Shown here piece after piece: positions 58,782 through 64,000 of a stretch of 64,000 bases of DNA. Made by a program: the position numbers and the translations under genes. The notes beneath the pieces were generated by a model. The model saw only the letters and a program-made list of their open reading frames with translations, had not been told where the DNA came from and ran no database searches. The stretch spans positions 4,152,627 to 4,216,626 of the forward strand of contig OY782497.1 in NCBI GenBank assembly GCA_963677705.1. Reading direction: 5' to 3'. Origin of the DNA: Myxococcota bacterium. Lineage in GTDB: Bacteria > Myxococcota_A > SURF-8 > G963677705. The stretch's first letter is position 1, and the number at the start of each line of letters is the position of its first letter.

Positions 58782-59600
58782 ATGAAACCCAATGGAATCA
58801 TCACCCTGACCACGGACTTCGGGTTTGAACTGGGGTATGTCGGTCAGATGAAAGGCGAGATGCTGGCGATCAATCCCAAAGCCAGCCTGGTGGATATCAC
58901 CCATGCTGTTCCACCCTGGGATATTCCCCATGCGTCCTATATTGTGGAACGGGCCTGCCCGCGTTTTCCGGAGGGAAGTATTCATCTGGTGGTGGTCGAT
59001 CCCGGCGTGGGCACCTTCCGGGCGGAGCTTCTGGTTCAAACCAGTTACGGGTGGTATATCGCACCGGATAACGGCGTGCTGGCCTTCTTGAAGGAAAACG
59101 AGATCGACGGCATCTGGCGTTTGGAAAACCCCTCTCTGGCCGCCAGCCGTGTTTCACGTACTTTCCACGGGCGGGACATTTTCGGCCCGGCAGCGGCCCA
59201 TTTGAGCCGTGGCGTGCATCCTTCGGAATTCGGCGGGGAGCATTCCAAGCTGGTGCGTCTGCATGGGTATGAACCCAACGAATTGGATGACGAACTGGCG
59301 GGAAAAATCATCGCCATCGACCGCTTCGGCAACCTGATTACCACCCTTAGCGCCGAAGATGTTCACCAATTTGTGATGGATGAGCCTCACCGGAAGGTGC
59401 GGGTCAAGGTGGGTTTGCGCACGTTGAATTTCGCGGGGACGTTTGGCGATGTTCCGATGGGCGAAGCGCTGGCTTACATCGGCAGTGGTGACAGGCTGGA
59501 AGTGGCCGTCAACGGTGGCATTGCCGCTCGGACCTTTTCGGTGAAGGTCGGAGATGCCGTGTCTTTGATTCGGCTTCCCTTACCCGATGAGGATGAATAA
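58782..59600 (+). CDS. SAM hydroxide adenosyltransferase (DUF62; fluorinase/chlorinase SalL-like family)
   Basis: IITLTTDFG...DITHA...VVVDPGVGT...HGRDIFGP are family signatures. Start trimmed to MKPNGI. Confidence 0.75.
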   Translation: MKPNGIITLTTDFGFELGYVGQMKGEMLAINPKASLVDITHAVPPWDIPHASYIVERACPRFPEGSIHLVVVDPGVGTFRAELLVQTSYGWYIAPDNGVLAFLKENEIDGIWRLENPSLAASRVSRTFHGRDIFGPAAAHLSRGVHPSEFGGEHSKLVRLHGYEPNELDDELAGKIIAIDRFGNLITTLSAEDVHQFVMDEPHRKVRVKVGLRTLNFAGTFGDVPMGEALAYIGSGDRLEVAVNGGIAARTFSVKVGDAVSLIRLPLPDEDE

Positions 59601-59623
59601 GCCGGAAAGCCTCACCTGGTTCT

Positions 59624-59875
59624 TTAGTGGTGGTGGTGACCACCGCCACCGCAACAGCAGGAACACCCCGCCGTGTGGGAACTGTCTCCACCGATACCGC
59701 ATTGACTGCTTGCGCTGCCGTAGGGTGTCGCGCTCTGGCCTCCCACACTGAAGGCGCTCAGTCGCCGCTTCGCACTTGCTTTGCCGCAGGCGCACGGGAT
59801 TTCCGTGGTACCGGCAGAGGCGATTTCTTCGGTGATTGCACCACAGGCAGGGCATTGATATTCGTACAAGGGCAT
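59624..59875 (-). CDS. FmdB-family zinc-ribbon protein with Cys/Gly/His-rich C-terminal tail
   Basis: MPLYEYQCPACG ... CACG zinc ribbon. Tail CSCCCGGGGHHHH. Confidence 0.65.
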   Translation of the reverse strand: MPLYEYQCPACGAITEEIASAGTTEIPCACGKASAKRRLSAFSVGGQSATPYGSASSQCGIGGDSSHTAGCSCCCGGGGHHHH

Positions 59876-60174
59876 GGAAGACTCCTTGATGGCATCCGCT
59901 CACAAAACGGTATGTTCGGATAAGGAACCCAAGGCTCCTGTTCGTTTGGCTGAAAAGGGTAAACGGTGAGCAGGTCTACGTCAAGTCTATCGTATGGCCC
60001 ATTGGTCAATTATCACGTCAAATATTGAAGCAGGGAGCAGATTCACGCCCATCTTCGGTTCAGGAACCCCTTGTCCTGCGTTGACAGAAAGGTCTTCGGC
60101 GGATAGCATAAGGCCACGACATCAGAATTTGGTCCGCAAAACAGATCAACACGTGGCACGCGAAGGAGGGTAGG

Positions 60175-61575
60175 ATGGAAACCAAGGCCATGCAAACGGA
60201 TGTGGTGGTTGTCGGCGCAAGCCCTGTAGGAAGTTCAACGGCCTTGAATCTGGCCCGCTGCGGCCTTCATGTCATTCTGCTTGAAGCTCAGTCCATCGAC
60301 CGCGCCGGACCGCAGTGGAACAACTGCCTGCCTCCGTGGATGTTCGATCGTGCCCAGGTAGACCGCCCCGTTCCGCCGGAGCGTCTTTGCGGCGAGCGGA
60401 TGGGGTTTCTGTTCTACGGGCCGAAGGGCAAAGGGCACATGGCGATTGAAGATAGCCCGATGCACCCCTTGGATATGAAACTGTTCAATGCTCGCCTTGT
60501 GAAACGCCTTGAATCCCATCGCAAACGAGTTACCGTCTATGACCACTGCCGGGCGGGCACGTTGGAGTTTCAGGGGGACAGGCCCGTGCTGCTTCATGCG
60601 GAGCGCTCCACGCCGGAAGGCGAGCAGACCGCCTTGGAGTTATCGGCCAAGCTTTTTGTGGATGCTGCGGGCCTGGAAGGGCACCTGCTTCGGCAAAGCC
60701 CGCAGTTGCGGCTTATCTGCCCGGAGTTGGCTCCCCAAGACACCTGCTCGGCGATGCAAGAAACCTGTACGGTTCTTGACCCGGAGGGAGCCCAAGGCTT
60801 CTTGAATCGCTACCGCGCCAAACCGGGAGAGATGATTTCCATCGTTGGCTCGGAGGGCGGATACTCCACCTTGAGCATCAATGTCGCAGAAACGATGGAT
60901 AGCGTGGAACTGCTTACCGGAACCATTCACGATGGCCAGCACCTCAGTGGACCGGGCTTGATGAAACGCTTCAAAAGCGAAGAACCCTGGATCGGTGTGG
61001 CTCAAGCCAGCGGCGCGGGACTGATTCCCATCCGCAGACCCTTTGATCGTTTCACCGCGCCGGGCATTGCGGCGATCGGAGACGCCGCGAGGCATGTGAT
61101 TCCCATTCACGCATCCGGTGTGGGAGGGGGAATGATTGCCGGGCGTATTCTCGCCGAGCGGGTCAGCCGGTATTATGATCCGGGTAGTCTGGATGCCACC
61201 TGGGACGCCTTGCAGGCGTTTCAACGGGAACTGGGCTCGGTCTTCGGTGCCTACGATGTCTTTCGCCGCTTGAGCCAGACTTTGCGCGGCGATCAGATTG
61301 ACAGCATGTTGGACGCCGGACTGCTCAATGCCGGGAATTTCAGTTGGGGAATGGCGCAGAAGATGACGCGCATCGGCTTGGCCGATATGCTGCAAACGGC
61401 GAAGGGTTCCTTGGCTCATCCGGGATTGGCTGCGAAATTCGGTCCGGTGGTGGCGAGGATGTTCCGTGTTCATGCCCACTACAAGCATTTCCCCAAAAAG
61501 CCCAGCTTGAAAAAACTTCGTGCCTGGTCCCACAAGCAGGCAAGACTTTCCGGCGGGCAGGCGGATATTCCCTAA
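60175..61575 (+). CDS. FAD-dependent oxidoreductase (geranylgeranyl-reductase-like family)
   Basis: DVVVVGASPVGSSTALNLARCGLHVILLE dinucleotide-binding motif. GGAGG RBS. Confidence 0.55.
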   Translation: METKAMQTDVVVVGASPVGSSTALNLARCGLHVILLEAQSIDRAGPQWNNCLPPWMFDRAQVDRPVPPERLCGERMGFLFYGPKGKGHMAIEDSPMHPLDMKLFNARLVKRLESHRKRVTVYDHCRAGTLEFQGDRPVLLHAERSTPEGEQTALELSAKLFVDAAGLEGHLLRQSPQLRLICPELAPQDTCSAMQETCTVLDPEGAQGFLNRYRAKPGEMISIVGSEGGYSTLSINVAETMDSVELLTGTIHDGQHLSGPGLMKRFKSEEPWIGVAQASGAGLIPIRRPFDRFTAPGIAAIGDAARHVIPIHASGVGGGMIAGRILAERVSRYYDPGSLDATWDALQAFQRELGSVFGAYDVFRRLSQTLRGDQIDSMLDAGLLNAGNFSWGMAQKMTRIGLADMLQTAKGSLAHPGLAAKFGPVVARMFRVHAHYKHFPKKPSLKKLRAWSHKQARLSGGQADIP

Positions 61576-61627
61576 GCCTGTCTCTTTGCAACAAGGGATG
61601 GTGATTTGGATCTGTCTTAGAAAACGG

Positions 61628-62653
61628 TCAGAGCTTGTCTGCCTCGTCCTCATCCTCTGCGCCGTCAATGACCGTGGCGGCGGTTTCGTCGGTGAGGCTC
61701 AAGGAATTCAAGTCCGGCATGGAAATCAGTTGTTGCAGATGATCTTTGAACAGGATGGCGGAGTCTACTCCCTGCATACGCAACAGATGATTTCGGGCCG
61801 CCAGTTCAACGATGGTGGCCATGTTGCGGCCTTGGCTGACCGGAATGACCAGCATGGGCAGTTCGACATCCAAGATGGGGAAACGGTGATGCTCCAGGCC
61901 CAGGCGGTCGTATTCGGCGTGGGGGTCCCATTCCACCAGTTCCAGTACCAGATCAATCTGCTTTCGTGAGCGTGTGGCACTGACGCCGAAAAGCATGGAT
62001 ACATCAATGATGCCCACGCCACGGATTTCCATGTGGTGTTTGATCGCTTCCGGTGCCTTGCCGATGATGCTGCGTGGATACATTCTGCGTACTTCCACAA
62101 TATCGTCGGCCACCAGACGAAACCCGCGTAGCACCAGGTCCAGCGCCGTTTCGGATTTTCCAACGCCGCTTTTACCCAACATCAAGACGCCCGCGCCGTG
62201 GACATCCACCAACACACCATGAACCGTGGTGGTGGGCGCAAGGTGGTTTTCCAGGTACTTGTTCAGCAGGATAATCGCCTGGCTGGATGTCTGGGTGGTC
62301 AGTAACAAGGGGATGTTCTGTTCGTTGCACAGGCGGACAAGGGGCTCTGGAGGAGTCATGCCACGGGTCAGCACGATACCCGGCACCCCACGGGACAGCA
62401 CGTCAAGAATGGTCTGGCACTGAGCATACTCCGAAAGGGTGTTGAGGTAGGAACACTCGTTGTCTCCAAAAACCTGGATACGTTCGGCTTTGATCTTGTG
62501 GGGCAGTCCGGCCAGGGCCAATCCGGTTTTCTGAATGCGCTCGTAACCGATCAGTCTGCCCATGCCCTGCATACCGGCAAGGACGGTAAAATCCATCTCG
62601 GCGGTCAAGCCTTCCATCATCATCGAAATGCTGACCGGATTCATGTCCCGCAT
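61628..62653 (-). CDS. hprK: HPr kinase/phosphorylase
   Basis: Walker A GVLMLGKSGVGKSETALDL and the HprK signature. Confidence 0.85.
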   Translation of the reverse strand: MRDMNPVSISMMMEGLTAEMDFTVLAGMQGMGRLIGYERIQKTGLALAGLPHKIKAERIQVFGDNECSYLNTLSEYAQCQTILDVLSRGVPGIVLTRGMTPPEPLVRLCNEQNIPLLLTTQTSSQAIILLNKYLENHLAPTTTVHGVLVDVHGAGVLMLGKSGVGKSETALDLVLRGFRLVADDIVEVRRMYPRSIIGKAPEAIKHHMEIRGVGIIDVSMLFGVSATRSRKQIDLVLELVEWDPHAEYDRLGLEHHRFPILDVELPMLVIPVSQGRNMATIVELAARNHLLRMQGVDSAILFKDHLQQLISMPDLNSLSLTDETAATVIDGAEDEDEADKL

Positions 62654-62675
62654 GGCCCCTCCTTCATCCGCGCTG

Positions 62676-63143
62676 CTAATCCACCTTTTTGGCGTAATTC
62701 AGCAATACCGAATACATCGCCGAGGCTTCGGCGGCGAGAAGATCCTGAATAAAGCCTTCCTGTTTACAGAGCTTGGCAATCTTGGCCAGCACCTTCAAAT
62801 GAATGGCATCAGCCCGCTCCGGGGCAACCAGGAGAAAGAGCAGAAAGACGGGTTTGTCATCCACGGCCTGATAATCAATGCCGGTAAGGCTGCGGGCCAA
62901 AACCAAACGGGGGACATCCACTTCCAGGGTCCGACAATGGGGAATGGCCACGCCCTCACCGATGCCGGTACTGGAAAGCGCTTCGCGCTGCATCAGGCGA
63001 TCCCGGATTTCCGTATCGTCCAGAATGGGATAATTGGCGCTGAGGGCTTGCACCATTTCATGCAACACCGCTTGCTTGGATGTCGCGCTGACCTGAGGAA
63101 GGATTGCCTCTTTGGGCAACAACGATTGAATGCGTAAATCCAT
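62676..63143 (-). CDS. ptsN: PTS EIIA-Ntr (nitrogen regulatory IIA protein)
   Basis: GIGEGVAIPHCR active-site His motif. Start trimmed to MDLRIQ at 63143. Confidence 0.8.
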   Translation of the reverse strand: MDLRIQSLLPKEAILPQVSATSKQAVLHEMVQALSANYPILDDTEIRDRLMQREALSSTGIGEGVAIPHCRTLEVDVPRLVLARSLTGIDYQAVDDKPVFLLFLLVAPERADAIHLKVLAKIAKLCKQEGFIQDLLAAEASAMYSVLLNYAKKVD

Positions 63144-63507
63144 GACGACCCATCTTCCACTTGTGGAATCGCGGGGAAAACCCCTGTGGGTACCCCTGGG
63201 TTCCGGTATTCCTCTCGCGTCCGATCTGACATGCCAGCCGGGCGCGATACACCAATGACCAAGGCTGCTCTCACACCCTTGCGAAGACCGTTGAACCCTT
63301 GCACATCTGCAACGAAAAGGCAATAGCGAGCTTGGAGAGCGGAAACTCCAGGGCGCAGGTGATCTTGTTCTATTTCAAAGTCTTTGATTCCAAGTCACTC
63401 TTGTTTCACCCGATCTCTTTGTTGTATACATGGAAGTGACAGAATCAGGAGGCTGCGGTGTTCTAGTTATTACGCAGGTTTCAACGCTTCAGCCCTAGGG
63501 AAAGTCT

Positions 63508-64000
63508 ATGTCCGGCATCATGAGTATCCACCTATCGAAAGCATCCAGAAGGCATCTTCGGTGCTTTCTTTCCATCCTGTTGCCGGCCAGCCTGCTTGTT
63601 TGCGGTCAACCGGCCTGGGCGGAATCGGAGTCAGATCCGCAAGAGTCAACGCAGGACAACGTGCTACGATCAACGGACAAGGAACGTTCTTCTCCGCTTG
63701 AAAGCCAGACCTCGGAGACGCTTCCCAAAGAAAAGCCGCAAGAAACCAAGCAACCCAATCCGGCCCGATCTCCTCTGTTTGTTACCAGCAACTATTCCTT
63801 TCAATCCGGGACCAACCATGCCTCGCATTCCCGACTGGGGTATCGCAACTTGAAGGTCCAAGGGGGCGCGCCGCTCTTTTTCAAGGAAAAGGCTTTCAGT
63901 TTTCTGAGTCTATCCTACAGCCTGACCAGCCCCAAGAGCAATGATCCACGTTTGGACTTCGTTGCGACCTTCCTGCACAACCTTACTTTGACCTCCACCT
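63508..64000 (+). CDS. Partial (5') gene for a secreted protein, runs off the window
   Basis: MSGIMSIHLSK...LLPASLLVCGQPAWA signal-like N-terminus. Open frame to 64000. Confidence 0.3.
   Translation, partial: MSGIMSIHLSKASRRHLRCFLSILLPASLLVCGQPAWAESESDPQESTQDNVLRSTDKERSSPLESQTSETLPKEKPQETKQPNPARSPLFVTSNYSFQSGTNHASHSRLGYRNLKVQGGAPLFFKEKAFSFLSLSYSLTSPKSNDPRLDFVATFLHNLTLTST

Overview
This 64 kb window comes from a GC-rich (about 58-60%) bacterial chromosome that looks deltaproteobacterial or Myxococcota-like. The lineage call rests on a FrzS/AglZ-type receiver plus coiled-coil protein, a MYXO-CTERM-like C-terminal sorting tail, Myxococcus-type Cys-rich repeats, TonB and PTS-Ntr genes. Housekeeping genes are present (prmA, panE-like, trpS, trmL, tsf, rpsB, cysK, rpoN, rluD, pgeF, hprK, ptsN, Rrf2, rmlD). 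They are interspersed with lineage-specific secreted or lipoprotein genes that share one architecture: lipobox Cys, then a long poly-Asp low-complexity linker, then a Cys-rich or enzymatic domain (FGE, EEP nuclease, metallophosphatase, YD-repeat, DUF1566, unknown). A clear accessory stretch runs from about 31.3 to 48.7 kb. Its left end holds two paralogous Cys-rich lipoprotein genes, both 3'-disrupted by IS elements (IS5-family and IS110-family); one carries a YD/Rhs-like tandem repeat array with a frameshift. Next come clusters of palindromic MITE/REP-like repeats, a membrane-anchored sulfatase-fold protein with Thr in place of the catalytic Cys, a DUF1566 lipoprotein, TauE, an EEP lipoprotein, an MMPL/RND exporter and a Cys-rich lipoprotein. 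The most unusual gene is a 569-aa protein with two tandem radical-SAM cores plus a C-terminal SPASM domain. Other notable genes are a standalone NYN-domain protein, a pseudo-receiver GGDEF, a split DUF368 (PopT-like) protein, a SAM hydroxide adenosyltransferase, and a 660-bp AT-rich intergenic region with a palindrome upstream of the Rrf2 regulator. No rRNA, tRNA or CRISPR was recognised. All calls come from reading the translated ORFs and the DNA; no database searches were run.
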